64,000 nt of DNA from Eledone cirrhosa. Taxonomy: Eukaryota. The stretch is taken from positions 275,280,001 to 275,344,000 of the forward strand of contig OZ024741.1 of the NCBI GenBank assembly GCA_964016885.1, given 5' to 3'. Made by a program: the position numbers and the translations under genes. Positions 13,285 through 29,283 of this stretch are shown here, one piece after another. The notes beneath the pieces were generated by a model, which searched no databases, had not been told where the DNA came from, and saw only the letters and a list, made by a program, of their open reading frames with translations. Numbering within the stretch: the first letter of the stretch is position 1; each line of letters opens with the position of its first letter.

Positions 13285-13563
13285 GTCCCCCATTCATTAA
13301 TCAGACTGCTGTCTCTCATAAACGTCTCATCGCCTACATCGGTAAGAACTTCAAGATTCGGTGCCCCATCACGGCCACACCTCCGCCCTACATGCAGTGG
13401 AGCAAGGATGGACACACTATCAACATTGCATGGGAGCGCTTTCGTATCCAGGAGACTGGACTTCGCATCAAGGATATTGAAATAGAAGACAGTGGACTAT
13501 ACACATGTAAAGCAACCAATGGCTTTGGGAGTGTCCAGCTGAACTTTACCCTCACTGTTATAC
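13285..13563 (+). CDS. FGFRL1: FGFRL1-like receptor, Ig domain 1 exon (first coding exon visible; phase 1/1)
   Basis: Acceptor tttccag|GT and donor ATAC|gtgagt. Translates PPFINQ...FKIRCPITATPPPYMQWSKDGHTINIAWERFRIQETGLRIKDIEIEDSGLYTCKATNGFGSVQLNFTLTVI, an I-set Ig domain that closely resembles FGFRL1 D1 (W.KDG.TI...W.RFR, Y.CKATNGFGS). Confidence 0.9.
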
Positions 13564-13693
13564 GTGAGTACTTCATCTTATTTCTCACACTCTTTCTTTT
13601 CCTCTTTCCCTCTCTCATGTATACATACAAGCACACATATCTATACACATACATACACATTTATCTTTCTCCCTCCCCCATCTCTCTCTTTCA

Positions 13694-13733
<40 letters not shown>

Positions 13734-13914
13734 GTAATCTGAGTTTTTCGAATATTAATAATAATATTGCAATTATGCAAACAAGCCTCATTTTTAAAGC
13801 CATGTCAGTAGAATGAGCCCCTCATTCTTGCTCTTGTGTTGGCATGTAAACAGAACTGCAGACACTGTTTCTGGATAATACCCTTCATCAGTACAGTTCA
13901 CTGTTCACTGTATA

Positions 13915-14405
13915 TCATCATCATCATCATCATCATCATCAATTTACATCCACTTTTCCCTGCTTGCAAGGGTGGGACGGGAACTGATTCTGGCTTGATT
14001 TCTACAGCTGGATGCCCTTCCTAACACCAACTTCATTTACAGTGAACGCTGGGTGCTTTTTTTCCGTGGCACCTACACATCCACTTTATAGTGTGGGCTG
14101 GGTGCTTTTTTGCCATGGCACCTTCACGACCACTTTGCAGTGGAATGATATGGACCCCAGTCCCTATCATCTCGTTTCTACAGCTGGATGCCCTTCCTAA
14201 CACCAACCTCATTTACAGTGAGTGCTGGGTGCTTTTTTGCCATGGCACTTCCACGACCACTTTGCAGTGGAATGATATGGACTCCAGTCCCTATCATCTC
14301 ATTTCTACAGCTAAGTAAACTGGAGCAATGTGAAATAAAGTGTCTTGCTCAAGGAAACAACACATCACCCGGTCTGAGAATTGAACTCACAACCTTTCGA
14401 TTGCA
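13915..14405 (-). mobile_element. SINE family B with internal duplication and RTE-like tail
   Basis: Reverse complement of 28869-29222, with the body segment present twice (about 13998-14176 and 14176-14310). Confidence 0.82.
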
Positions 14406-14436
<31 letters not shown>

Positions 14437-14535
14437 TGTATGTATATATATATATATATCCATATAGGAGAACCCCTACCGATGCGCTGAACGAGTGTGA
14501 CCTTTTAGTCCAGCCAGCGACTTGAAAACTCTGGT

Positions 14536-14550
14536 ACATACATACATACA

Positions 14551-14581
<31 letters not shown>

Positions 14582-14686
14582 GTACATACATACATACATA
14601 CATACATACATACATACATACATACATACATACATACATACATACATACATACATACATACATACATACATACATACATACATACA

Positions 14687-14717
<31 letters not shown>

Positions 14718-14721
14718 GTAT

Positions 14722-14753
<32 letters not shown>

Positions 14754-14820
14754 GTATATATATGTATATATATATATATGTATATAAATATATATATGTA
14801 TATATATATATATATATATT
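14536..14820. repeat. (TACA)n then (TA)n microsatellite
   Basis: Directly visible. Confidence 0.97.
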
Positions 14821-15024
14821 CCTTTTCTACTCAGAAAATAAATTCCGACATTCTACCTACCAGTATTGAGTGATCATTTAGTTAGAATGTTTTAAATCCT
14901 ACAGTATTTTAAACATATATTCCAGTGTGTGTGTGATAAATAATTTTAAGAAAATACCTTAACTACGCAAGTATATACAGGATATTTAAGAAATTTCATA
15001 TCCCAGAAACTAGATAGTCTAGGA

Positions 15025-15162
15025 CAGGCATGGACAACCTTTTTTGATCAGTGGGCCGCATAGGATGTGGCTCATGATAAGGCAGGGCCGCACTACTATT
15101 AGGCGTGCCATTCAGAAAGCCAAACAGACTGCGTATTGAGGGCCACAGTTTGCCCATGACTG
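15025..15162. mobile_element. Small hAT-like MITE
   Basis: TIRs caggcatggacaac / gtttgcccatgactg, internal gggccgca repeats, degenerate 8-bp flanks gtctagga/gtcacaga. Confidence 0.6.
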
Positions 15163-15423
15163 GTCACAGACAATGAGATTGAACAGGCTTAATATTGAGC
15201 AACATAATTTATTTGACAAAATTTGTCAACATTATAACACTAAATTCCCTATATGTATTTTAATGTGACAATCTTGGCAACAAGCCATTATATCCAATTT
15301 TTTGAAACACACTGTATTTAGTGTAGGAAGTTAAGGGCCGAAACACTCATTTGAGTGGGGTTTCTTCTCTATGAAAACCTTCTGCTGTCCAGATCTCCTG
15401 AGAGTTTCTTACTACTATATTAA

Positions 15424-15888
15424 CTAGCAGAAAAACCACCCTTAGGGTGGTTTTCTGCTAGCATGTGTAGTGTGCATATTGATATTATATGCAAGTAAAT
15501 ATGCATGTAGTTATGATACATCAAATAACATCGTAATTGACAATATACACAGAAATTGAATGAAGATTGCATTACACTCTCTTATGTAATCAGTAACATT
15601 AAAAAAAGACGATATTATATATAAACTGCATTAGGGGAAAATTAGTGACGGAAATATATGAATGTTTATTTAAGCGATTGCTAACCGGAAGTGTTGACAC
15701 TTGAAAATTTTAAAGAAGTGAATCTTTAAATAAACAATAAAATATATTTAATCAACAGCTACGAAATTTAGTACATAAATTATGTAATATTCATTATTTA
15801 TTCAAAGTAATCCAACTTATTTTACTAATGGGATAAAAAATGATAAACCGTGCGCAGTCCTGCACTCCTTACTTTATTATAGTTTAGA
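15424..15888 (-). mobile_element. Non-autonomous Helitron, complete, copy 2
   Basis: Minus strand A|TCTAAACTATAATAAAG ... ccaccc-taa-gggtgg hairpin ... CTAG|T. Confidence 0.85.
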
Positions 15889-16942
15889 TTTTAAAATTCA
15901 TTGTATGAAACAAATATCCTTTATAATCACAAATATATCTTGATAGGAAATAAGATATAAGAATATAAGGTTTGAGAAGACCCTTCAGTCAGGCCGAGCA
16001 TGTGACAACCTTTAATATCCTCCGTTTAATGTCCATTTTTCCACGCTAGCATGGGTTAGATGAGTTGCCCCATTGTGAGACAAATCAGGTCAGATGACTG
16101 TGTCATGCTTGGTTTCTGCAGCTGGACTGAGTGCTTTACTTACTACAGATATAGCCTCTCAGTGTTTTACCCCTATATATATATGTGTATATATATATAT
16201 CATTGAGAGGTGACTTTTTACAGAACTAGGTCTGTTTCATTCAGTGATTAAATCATTTCTGACATTTCAATGAAACAGAACTAAAGAAATTATATATCTT
16301 GCACAAGAACACAACACACCACCCAGTCTAGGAATCCAACCCACAACCTTTATGTCTGTGTGTCAAACACCCTAACCATTAAGCCACATGCCACATGCCA
16401 AATAGCTGAATACAGCTCATCTCTGATTGGTTGAATACAGTTCATTTCTGATTGGTCAACACATTTTGTTGTTTCTGATTGGCTGAGAGAGGAGGGAACA
16501 AGTGATGAGTGTCTAAACTGGTTTAATTAGGTACAGAAGGACATCCATCAAACCATGGTATTATCAATCATATCTTAATTAAGGCTCCTTTAAAGCTGCT
16601 CCAACAGAAGAGATATACATTCTTCCTAAGGGCCTCCTCAGTAGGGAATTAAAAAAAGGACCAAATGAAGACTGCTGTGAGAAATTCCTTCCACTTCACT
16701 TGCATGTTTTGAGGTTTTATATAAAAATAGGAATTCCCTTAATAACTCACAGCTTTTGACTCCCTTTAGCACAAGGTACTTAATGAAGTTACTGTTAACA
16801 AGCACATGGTTATAGACAAATACCTGGGGTGGTGAACAACATAGAACATGTGGATATCCTTTGTGTGTGTGTGTGTGTATATATATATACGCACATACAT
16901 AAACACAAATATACACACAGTGTGTGTGTGTGTATATGTATG

Positions 16943-16980
<38 letters not shown>

Positions 16981-17008
16981 GATAAACATAGACACAGACA
17001 TACTGTGT

Positions 17009-17046
<38 letters not shown>

Positions 17047-17236
17047 AGAAAAAGTATGACCCCGACGGCAGTGCTCAAGCCGTTTCGACGGCTATTTCAG
17101 TCCTGAAATAGCCGTCGAAACGGCTTGAGCTCTGCCGTTGGGGTCATACTTTTTCCTATTTCCCATTCTACTACCCTAAGTATTGAGTACTCTGGTCCGT
17201 TATGGGCCATCTGGTTCCTTACCACATTTCCTTTGT

Positions 17237-17237
<1 letters not shown>
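17047..17237 (+). mobile_element. Palindrome-headed element (gccgtcgaaacggcttgagctc family) embedded in (TA)n
   Basis: 17047-17153 is a near-perfect hairpin, followed by a unique tail (ctaccctaagtattgagtac...ttccttaccacatttcc) shared with 29492-29688, 40737-40915 and 61256-61562. Confidence 0.8.
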
Positions 17238-17268
<31 letters not shown>

Positions 17269-17355
17269 ATAAAGATGAAATAAAAGATGGTTATAAGAGT
17301 TCCATATATTTTATTATATGTATTTCGAATACAAAATCATCCTGTGACAGATATT

Positions 17356-17421
17356 TTTTATCTGAAGAGAACACAATATCTGTCCCAGGATGATTTTGTA
17401 TTTGAAATACATATAATAAAA
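17356..17421 (+). ncRNA. Type I hammerhead motif inside fold-back palindrome 17267-17465
   Basis: ttttat-CTGAAGA-(long imperfect stem II)-GAA-ATA-ca-TAT-A-ataaaa; same stem I and stem III as 5720-5780. Confidence 0.7.
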
Positions 17422-17547
17422 TATATAGAACTCTTATAACAATCTTTTATTTTATCTTTATTATATATACTCCAGTTGTACCCACAGTTGAGTGCTACTT
17501 ATCTGATATATGCATAGTTTTATTGTTCTACAATATTACTCACCTTC

Positions 17548-17582
<35 letters not shown>

Positions 17583-17682
17583 ATAGATAGATATATAGAG
17601 AGAGACAGAGAGAGAATTTTATAGGTGAGTGGCGATGTGGTGTGTTATGCATTTATCAATTGGCCAATATATTAATGTGTCC

Positions 17683-17885
17683 TTGTAGGTAACACGGTAA
17701 AAAGTTCCCAGTTCCACACTGTAAATGTGGTTGGTGTTAGGAAGGGCATCCAGCCGTAGAAAACCTGCCAGATAGTCCTATACGAGCGAGACACGGTCAC
17801 CCGACCAACCTTGCCTCAAGTGCCACAACTCCCGTCTAACCCATGCTAGCGTGGAAGATGGACGTTAAACGATGATGATGATGAT
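17683..17885 (+). mobile_element. SINE/LINE 3' tail fragment ending in (GAT)n
   Basis: gttaggaagggcatccagccgtagaaa...cccatgctagcgtggaagatggacgttaaac(gat)n; homologous to the reverse complement of 4100-4310. Confidence 0.78.
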
Positions 17886-18452
17886 GTTGATATATATATA
17901 TATATCTATGTGTGTGTCTATGTTTGTGTATACATATATATGTCTCTGCTCACCTCTCTCTCTCCCTCTCTCTCTCCCTTTCTCTCTCTCTCTCTTTCTC
18001 TATGTACATGCATCCAAATGCATATGTACAAGAATACATGTACACACACCACACACACATATATATATATATATATATAGATAGATAGATAGATAGATAC
18101 ACATACACATGTATACATACCATCACTACCGCTGTAAGGTAGTGAGGACAAGCTGGAATGTAATACATACATACACACACATGTATACACACACATATAC
18201 ACATATGTACACACACACATACACACACATGCATGTACACACACCTATACACACACAGCCAGGCTGCTGTGTTGAGGTGGCTGTGTTGTTTCAAAGACAA
18301 CTTGTGTAAAGAAAACAGCTGCTAGACTGTCTAAAGATGTGTGTTCACATCATTTCATATTGTAGTCTCCACCCCTCACACCTTGTTGTGTTAGGGTGGG
18401 GTAGGAGCTACTTTAAGTATCTTTGGCTGGTTTCTTTCTCAGTTTAGGAGAT

Positions 18453-19380
18453 TTTAACCCTCTTTATACGAAACTGCCAGAAATTGATCCTGTTTCTATG
18501 ATACATAATGGCATGTTTTTAAGTGTTATGTAAGAACCTTTAAGTTATGTTCTAAACACCAGATTAATAATGAGAAAGTTAGTAATTGAATGGCACTGAA
18601 AGTGTTAAAGTATCTATGTCTATAAAGAAACATTCCATTGTAATGTTATGTAAGAACTTTTGTTAAGTTATGTTCCACACAACCCTGGTTCTAGGATACA
18701 AGACAGCATGCTTTAAAGTGTTTATATCTGAAAACCTCCAGTCATAATTTTATATAAGAACTTTTGTTAAGTTATGTTCCACACACCCCTGGTTCTAGGA
18801 TACAAGACCGCATGTTTTAAAGTGTTTATATCTATTTAAAAACCTTCTGTCATAATTTTATATAAGAACTTTTGTTAAGTTATGTTCCACACACCCCTGG
18901 TTCTAGGGTACAAAACTGCATGTTTTAAATGTTTATATTTATCTAAAAACTTACCATCATAATTTTATGTACGAACATTTGTTAAGTTATGTTCCAAACA
19001 CCCCTGGTTCTATGATACAAAATTGCATGTTTTAAAATGTATATATCTATCTAAAATTCTTCCATCATAATTTTGTCAGAAGCTTTGTTGAATTATGTTC
19101 TAAACATCAGTTTAATAATAACTAAATCCCTTCAAATTCTTGATTATTTGAAAATTATAGACATTAGAAATATGGCACCAAAAGAGTTAAAGTATTTATA
19201 TTTATCTAAATACCTCCCATCATAATTTTATGTAAGTACCTTTGTTAAGTTATGTTCCAAACATCAGCTTTATAATGACAGTTAATTTAGTAAACCCTTC
19301 TAAATTCTTGATGTATTTCAAAATTATTTCAAAATTATAGTCAGTGTCTTTTGTTAAAAATATGACAATGAAAGTGTTAA
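18453..19380 (+). mobile_element. TTAA-bounded (piggyBac-like) non-autonomous element with ~120-bp internal tandem repeats
   Basis: Begins ttaaccctcttt and ends gaaagtgttaa. Repeated unit ...taagaacttttgttaagttatgttcc...cctggttctaggatacaa...; inverted relatives at 3169-3400 and 47172-47572. Confidence 0.55.
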
Positions 19381-19419
19381 ATTTCTTTTTGGTGGGTGAT
19401 GTGTGGGGAAGGGATTTTA

Positions 19420-19842
19420 TTCATCATCACCATTTAACATCCATTTTCCATGCTAGCATGGGTTAGACAAGTTATCTCATAGTGAGACAAGTTGGATCAG
19501 ATGACTGTGTTGCTCATACAGAACTGTTTCTGGCTTGGTTTCTATGGCTGGATGCCCTTCCCAATGCTAACCACATTTACAGTGTTGATTGGGGGCTTTT
19601 TATCGTTGCTCCAAAACAACCAACTGACAAGTTTGACTGGGTTATTTTTGTCATGTCACCAATACAACCACTTTACAGGGTGGACTGGGTGCTTTTTGTC
19701 ATGTCACCAACACAACCACTTTACAGGGTTGACTGGGTGCTTTTTGTCATGTCACCAACACAACCACTTTACAGGGTGGACTGGGTGCTTTTTGAAATGT
19801 CACCAACACAACCACTTTACAGGCTGGACCGGGTGCTTTGTT
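19420..19842 (-). mobile_element. SINE-tail element with 48-bp internal tandem repeats
   Basis: ccatgctagcatgggttagac tail plus repeats of tttttgtcatgtcaccaacacaaccactttacagggtggactgggtgc. Confidence 0.72.
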
Positions 19843-20272
19843 CATTTATTTTGTAATTTCTTTTCCAACTGACCACCAGTGCTGCCCTCTTGTAAGAATG
19901 ACAAGGAGGGAAGAACAGATTTCTCTCCCTTCCTAATGTTGTTTAGCCCCTGGTCAGCTTTCATCCAGTATACCTGTTATCAAAGACGTTCCTGTCATGA
20001 CCATCCTTTCTTAGACATAATATAGCCATGACTACTACATGTCTATAACATGATGTCTCATATGGTCACTTACTTTGCTAGAAATAGTTATCTAATGTCT
20101 CTTTAAATTATCCAACTCCATCTTATAAATGGAAGGACACTTTAGATAATGTAGTCCTTGATGCACATAGTCATAACTTAAGATGGGATGGTCATAACTG
20201 GAATACATTTCATTGTGTCTGTTTAATGAGGAGTGGATATATATGGAATGGGAGTACACAGAACTCTGTTGC

Positions 20273-23200
20273 CACACCACGTCACACCACACCACACCAC
20301 ATCACACCACCACTACACTACATCACACCACACCACGTCACATCACACCATGCCACATCACACCACCACTATTACATCACACCACCACTACACTACATCA
20401 CACCACCACTACTACATCACACCACCACTACACTACATCACACCACCACTACTACATCACACCACCACTACACTACATCACACCACCACTACTACATCAC
20501 ACCACCACTACACTACATCACACCACCACTACTACATCACACCACCACTACACTACATCACACCACCACTACACTACATCACACCACCACTACACTACAT
20601 CACACCACCACTACTATATCACACCACCACTACTACATCACACCACCACTACACTACATCACACCACCACTACTACATCACACCACCACTACACTACATC
20701 ACACCACCACTACTACATCACACCACCACTACACTACATCACACCACCACTACACTACATCACACCACCACTACACTACATCACACCACCACTACACTAC
20801 ATCACACCACCACTACTACATCACACCACCACTACTATATCACACCACCACTACACTACATCACACCACCACTACTACATCACACCACCACTACTACATC
20901 ACACCACCACTACACTACATCACACCACCACTACACTACATCACACCACCACTACTACATCACACCACCACTACACTACATCACACCACCACTACACTAC
21001 ATCACACCACCACTACTACATCACACCACCACTACTACATCACACCACCACTACACTACATCACATCACCACTACACTACATCACACCACCACTACTACA
21101 TCACACCACCACTACTATATCACACCACCACTACACTACATCACACCACCACTACTACATCACACCACCACTACTACATCACACCACCACTACTACATCA
21201 CACCACCACTACTACATCACACCACCACTACTACATCACACCACCACTACTACATCACACCACCACTACACTACATCACACCACCACTACACTACATCAC
21301 ACCACCACTACACTACATCACACCACTACACTACATCACACCACCACTACACTACATCACACCACCACTACTACATCACACCACCACTACTACATCACAC
21401 CACCACTACACTACATCACACCACCACTACTACATCACACCACCACTACTACATCACACCACCACTACTACATCACACCACCACTACTACATCACACCAC
21501 CACTACACTACATCACACCACCACTACACTACATCACACCACCACTACACTACATCACACCACCACTACTACATCACACCACCACTACACTACATCACAC
21601 CACCACTACTACATCACACCACCACTACACTACATCACACCACCACTACTACATCACACCACCACTACTACAACACACCACCACTACTACATCACACCAC
21701 CACTACTACATCACACCACCACTACACTACATCACACCACCACTACACTACATCACACCACCACTACACTACATCACACCACCACCACTACAACACACCA
21801 CCACTACTACATCACACCACCACTACACTACATCACACCACCACTACTACATCACACCACCACTACACTACATCACACCACTACACTACATCACACCACC
21901 ACTACACTACATCACACCACCACTACACTACATCACACCACCACTACACTACATCACACCACCACTACTACATCACACCACCACTACACTACATCACACC
22001 ACCACTACACTACATCACACCACCACTACACTACATCACACCACCACTACACTACATCACACCACCACCACTACAACACACCACCACTACTACATCACAC
22101 CACCACTACACTACATCACACCACCACTACACTACATCACACCACCACTACTACATCACATCACCACTACTACATCACACCACCACTACACTACATCACA
22201 CCACCACTACACTACATCACACCACCACCACTACAACACACCACCACTACTACATCACACCACCACTACACTACATCACACCACCACTACACTACATCAC
22301 ACCACCACTACTACATCACACCACCACTACACTACATCACACCACCACTACACTACATCACACCACCACTACACTACATCACACCACCACTACACTACAT
22401 CACACCACCACCACTACAACACACCACCACTACTACATCACACCACCACTACACTACATCACACCACCACTACACTACATCACACCACCACTACTACATC
22501 ACATCACCACTACTACATCACATCACCACTACACTACATCACACCACCACTACACTACATCACACCACCACTACACTACATCACACCACCACTACACTAC
22601 ATCACACCACCACTACACTACATCACACCACCACTACACTACATCACACCACCACTACACTACATCACACCACCACTACTACATCACACCACCACTACTA
22701 CATCACACCACCACCACTACTACATCACACCACCACTACAACACACCACCACTACTACATCACACCACCACTACACTACATCACACCACCACTACACTAC
22801 ATCACACCACCACTACTACATCACATCACCACTACTACATCACATCACCACTACACTACATCACACCACCACTACACTACATCACACCACCACTACACTA
22901 CATCACACCACCACTACACTACATCACACCACCACTACTACATCACACCACCACTACTACATCACACCACCACTACACTACATCACACCACCACAACTAC
23001 ATCACACCACCACTACTACATCACACCACCACTACACTACATCACACCACCACTACACTACAACACACCACCACTACTACATCACACCACCACTACACTA
23101 CATCACACCACCACTACTACATCACACCACCACTACACTACATCACACCACCACTACACTACATCACACCACCACTACTACATCACACCACCACTACACT

Positions 23201-26200
23201 ACATCACACCACCACTACTACATCACACCACCACTACTACATCACACCACCACTACACTACATCATACCACCACTACTACATCACACCACCACTACTACA
23301 TCACACCACCACTACACTACATCACACCACCACTACTACAACACACCACCACTACACTACATCACACCACCACTACTACATCACACCACCACTACACTAC
23401 ATCACACCACCACTACTACATCACACCATCACTACTACATCACACCACCACTACACTACATCACACCACCACTACACTACATCACACCACCACTACACTA
23501 CATCACACCACCACTACACTACATCACACCACCACTACACTACATCACACCACCACTACACTACATCACACCACCACTACTACATCACACCACCACTACT
23601 ACATCACACCACCACTACTACATCACACCACCACTACACTACATCACACCACCACTACTACATCACACCACCACTACTACATCACACCACCACTACTACA
23701 TCACACCACCACTACACTACATCACACCACCACTACTACATCACACCACCACTACTACATCACACCACCACTACTACATCACACCACCACTACTACATCA
23801 CACCACCACTACACTACATCACACCACCACTACACTACATCACACCACCACTACTACATCACACCACCACTACACTACATCACACCACCACTACTACATC
23901 ACACCACCACTACACTACATCACACCACCACTACACTACATCACACCACCACTACACTACATCACACCACCACTACTACATCACACCACCACTACTACAT
24001 CACACCACCACTACACTACATCACACCACCACTACACTACATCACACCACCACTACTACATCACACCACCACTACTACATCACACCACCGCTACTACATC
24101 ACACCACCACTACACTACATCACACCACCACTACTACATCACACCACCACTACACTACATCACACCACCACTACTACATCACACCACCACTACTACATCA
24201 CACCACCACTACACTACATCACACCACCACTACTACATCACACCACCACTACACTACATCACACCACCACTACTACATCACACCACCACTACACTACATC
24301 ACACCACCACTACACTACATCACACCACCACTACTACATCACACCACCACTACACTACATCACACCACCACTACTACATCACACCACCACTACTACATCA
24401 CACCACCACTACACTACATCACATCACCACTACTACATCACACTACCACTACTACATCACACCACCACTACTACATCACACCACCACTACACTACATCAC
24501 ACCACTACACTACATCACACCACCACTACACTACATCACACCACCACTACACTACATCACACCACCACTACACTACATCACACCACCACTACTACATCAC
24601 ACCACCACTACACTACATCACACCACCACTACACTACATCACACCACCACTACACTACATCACACCACCACTACACTACATCACACCACCACCACTACAA
24701 CACACCACCACTACTACATCACACCACCACTACACTACATCACACCACCACTACACTACATCACACCACCACTACTACATCACATCACCACTACTACATC
24801 ACACCACCACTACACTACATCACACCACCACTACACTACATCACACCACCACCACTACAACACACCACCACTACTACATCACACCACCACTACACTACAT
24901 CACACCACCACTACACTACATCACACCACCACTACTACATCACACCACCACTACACTACATCACACCACCACTACACTACATCACACCACCACTACACTA
25001 CATCACACCACCACTACACTACATCACACCACCACCACTACAACACACCACCACTACTACATCACACCACCACTACACTACATCACACCACCACTACACT
25101 ACATCACACCACCACTACTACATCACATCACCACTACTACATCACATCACCACTACACTACATCACACCACCACTACACTACATCACACCACCACTACAC
25201 TACATCACACCACCACTACACTACATCACACCACCACTACACTACATCACACCACCACTACACTACATCACACCACCACTACACTACATCACACCACCAC
25301 TACTACATCACACCACCACTACTACATCACACCACCACCACTACTACATCACACCACCACTACAACACACCACCACTACTACATCACACCACCACTACAC
25401 TACATCACACCACCACTACACTACATCACACCACCACTACTACATCACATCACCACTACTACATCACATCACCACTACACTACATCACACCACCACTACA
25501 CTACATCACACCACCACTACACTACATCACACCACCACTACACTACATCACACCACCACTACTACATCACACCACCACTACTACATCACACCACCACTAC
25601 ACTACATCACACCACCACAACTACATCACACCACCACTACTACATCACACCACCACTACACTACATCACACCACCACTACACTACAACACACCACCACTA
25701 CTACATCACACCACCACTACACTACATCACACCACCACTACTACATCACACCACCACTACACTACATCACACCACCACTACACTACATCACACCACCACT
25801 ACTACATCACACCACCACTACACTACATCACACCACCACTACTACATCACACCACCACTACTACATCACACCACCACTACACTACATCACACCACCACTA
25901 CTACATCACACCACCACTACTACATCACACCACCACTACACTACATCACACCACCACTACTACAACACACCACCACTACACTACATCACACCACCACTAC
26001 TACATCACACCACCACTACACTACATCACACCACCACTACTACATCACACCATCACTACTACATCACACCACCACTACACTACATCACACCACCACTACA
26101 CTACATCACACCACCACTACACTACATCACACCACCACTACACTACATCACACCACCACTACACTACATCACACCACCACTACACTACATCACACCACCA

Positions 26201-27100
26201 CTACTACATCACACCACCACTACTACATCACACCACCACTACTACATCACACCACCACTACACTACATCACACCACCACTACTACATCACACCACCACTA
26301 CTACATCACACCACCACTACTACATCACACCACCACTACACTACATCACACCACCACTACTACATCACACCACCACTACTACATCACACCACCACTACTA
26401 CATCACACCACCACTACTACATCACACCACCACTACACTACATCACACCACCACTACACTACATCACACCACCACTACTACATCACACCACCACTACACT
26501 ACATCACACCACCACTACTACATCACACCACCACTACACTACATCACACCACCACTACACTACATCACACCACCACTACACTACATCACACCACCACTAC
26601 TACATCACACCACCACTACTACATCACACCACCACTACACTACATCACACCACCACTACACTACATCACACCACCACTACTACATCACACCACCACTACT
26701 ACATCACACCACCGCTACTACATCACACCACCACTACACTACATCACACCACCACTACTACATCACACCACCACTACACTACATCACACCACCACTACTA
26801 CATCACACCACCACTACTACATCACACCACCACTACACTACATCACACCACCACTACTACATCACACCACCACTACACTACATCACACCACCACTACTAC
26901 ATCACACCACCACTACTACATCACACCACCACTACACTACATCACATCACCACTACTACATCACACCACCACTACTACATCACACCACCACTACACTACA
27001 TCACATCACCACTACTACACCACATCACATTACCTTACCACTTCACATCACACCACACTACACTACACTACACCACTCCACATCACATCACCACCAATAC
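20273..27100 (+). repeat. 6.8-kb minisatellite of two interleaved units (21 bp acatcacaccaccactacact; 19 bp acatcacaccaccactact)
   Basis: Directly visible. The almost G-free strand explains the stop-free ORFs in all three frames. Confidence 0.97.
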
Positions 27101-27119
27101 ACTATGGTATACTGGAGAT

Positions 27120-27985
27120 AGAGTCAGTGGTGGTATTAGTGGTGATGTCAGTGGTGGTGTGGTGGTGGTAGTGGTGGTATCAGTGGTGGTGTATTGGTGG
27201 TGTCATTGGTGGTGTGGTGGTGGTGTCAGTGGTGTGCCAGAGGTGGTGTATTGGTGGTGCCATTGGTGGTGTGGTGGTGGTGTCAGTGGTGTGCCAGAGG
27301 TGGTGTATTGGTGGTGTGGTGGTGTGCCAGAGGTAGTGTATTGGTGGTGTTAATGGTGGTGTGGTGGTGGTGTCAGTTGTGTGCCAGATGTGGTGTATTG
27401 GTGGTGTTAGTGGTGGTGTGGTGGTGGTGTCAGTGGTGTGCCAGAGGTGGTGTATTGGTGGTGTCAGTGGTGGTGTGGTGGTGGTGTCAGTGGTGTGCCA
27501 GAGGTGGTGTATTGGTGGTGTCAGTGGTGGTGTTGGTGGTGTGCCAAAGGTGGTGTATTGGTGGTGTCAGTGGTGGTGTGGTGGTGGTGCCAGAGGTGGT
27601 ATATTGGTGGTGTCAGTGGTGGTGTTGGTGGTGTGCCAAAGGTGGTGTATTGGTGGTGTCAGTGGTGGTGTGGTGGTGGTGCCAGAGGTGGTATATTGGT
27701 GGTGTCAGTGGTGGTGTCAGTGGTGTGCCAAAGGTGGTGTAGTGGTGGTGTCAGTGGTGGTGTGGTGGTGGTGTATTGGTGGTGTCAGTGGTGGTGTGGT
27801 GGTGGTGTCAGTGGTGTGCCAAAGGTGGTGTATTGGTGGTGTCAGTGGTGGTGTCATTGGTGGTGTAGTGGTGGTGTCATTGGTGGTGTGGTGGTGGTGT
27901 CAGCCGTGTGCCAGAGGTGGTGTATTGGTGGTGTTAGTGGTGGTGTCAGTGGTGGTGTAGTGGTGGTGTGGTGGTGGTGTTGGTG
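27120..27985 (+). repeat. GGT-rich minisatellite (gtcagtggtgtgccagaggtggtgtattggtggt)
   Basis: Directly visible; second copy at 38560-39278. Confidence 0.93.
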
Positions 27986-28292
27986 ATGTCTCGCCAATCC
28001 TCTCTAATGACTGCAGTTGTTATTGTTGTTGTCCTCCAGAGTGTGTCTTCCATTATAGGTCCCTGTTGCTCTCTCCCTAATTAACTGACACACACACCCA
28101 CCTACTGCTAGGGAGATAAGCCCTATAAATTAGATCCCTAAAGCAGCAGCTTGCTTGTAACAAATGTCCCCTTCACAGATCAGTGGGGTGGGTGTGTGGG
28201 TGGCTGGTGTGGTAACTAGCTAATAATGGATGCCTCACAAACTGTCTGTTTCAATGACAGGGGGAGGGGGTGTTCTGTGCCCCCCCCCCTCA

Positions 28293-28346
<54 letters not shown>

Positions 28347-28868
28347 AATTCTTTATTTTTTTTGTCATGAACAAACACATATAGGAAGATAGATAGATAA
28401 ATAGATTGACAGACAAAGAGAGGCAGATCGATAGATAAAGAGAGAGACATAGATAGTCAGACAGAGAGAGACAATTGATAGATCGAGAGATAAATAGATA
28501 GACAGACAGATAGATATAGATAAATGGACACACACACACACATATATATATATATAGAGAGAGAGAGGGGGAGAGAGAGAGACAGACTGAAATAGAGAGA
28601 GAGAGAGAGGGAGAGAGAGAGAGGCAGACTGAAATAGAGAGAGAAAGAGAGAGCTACTCATATATTTCCCATTTTGTTTATCAACATATGTGTTGTTTCT
28701 AAACAACACAGATTAACACACACACACATATATACATACATATATACACACACACACACACACACATACACACACACACATATACACACACACACATATA
28801 CATACATATATATACACACACACATATATACATACATATATACACACACCTATATATATACATACATA

Positions 28869-29222
28869 TGGAGGCACATGGCTTAGTGGTTAGAACATTG
28901 GTCTTGCAATCGAAAGGTTGTGAGTTCAATTCTCAGACCGGGTGATGTGTTGTTTCCTTGAGCAAGACACTTTATTTCACATTGCTCCAGTTTACTCAGC
29001 TGTAGAAATGAGATGATAGGGACTGGGGTCCCTATCATTCCGCTGCAAAGTAGTCGTGGAGGTGCCACGGCAAAAAAGCACTCAGCCCACACTGTAAATG
29101 AGGTTGGTGTTATGAAGGGCATCCAGCTGTAGAAATCAAGCCAGAATCAGTTCCCGTCCCACCCTTGCAAGCAGGGAAAAAGCAGACGTAAAATGAAATG
29201 ATGATGATGATGAAATGATGAT
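28869..29222 (+). mobile_element. SINE family B, full length: tRNA-like head, central domain, RTE-like tail
   Basis: A box tggcttagtgg, B box gagttcaattc, then ccttgagcaagacacttt, gaagggcatccagctgtagaaa, tail cccacccttgcaagcagggaaaaagcagacgtaaaa(tga)n. Confidence 0.87.
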
Positions 29223-29242
29223 ATATATATGCACACATATAC

Positions 29243-29283
<41 letters not shown>

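Noticed and set aside
28869-28945. tRNA gene
   Set aside because: A and B boxes are present, but the sequence runs into a SINE body and tail and has decayed copies elsewhere in the window.
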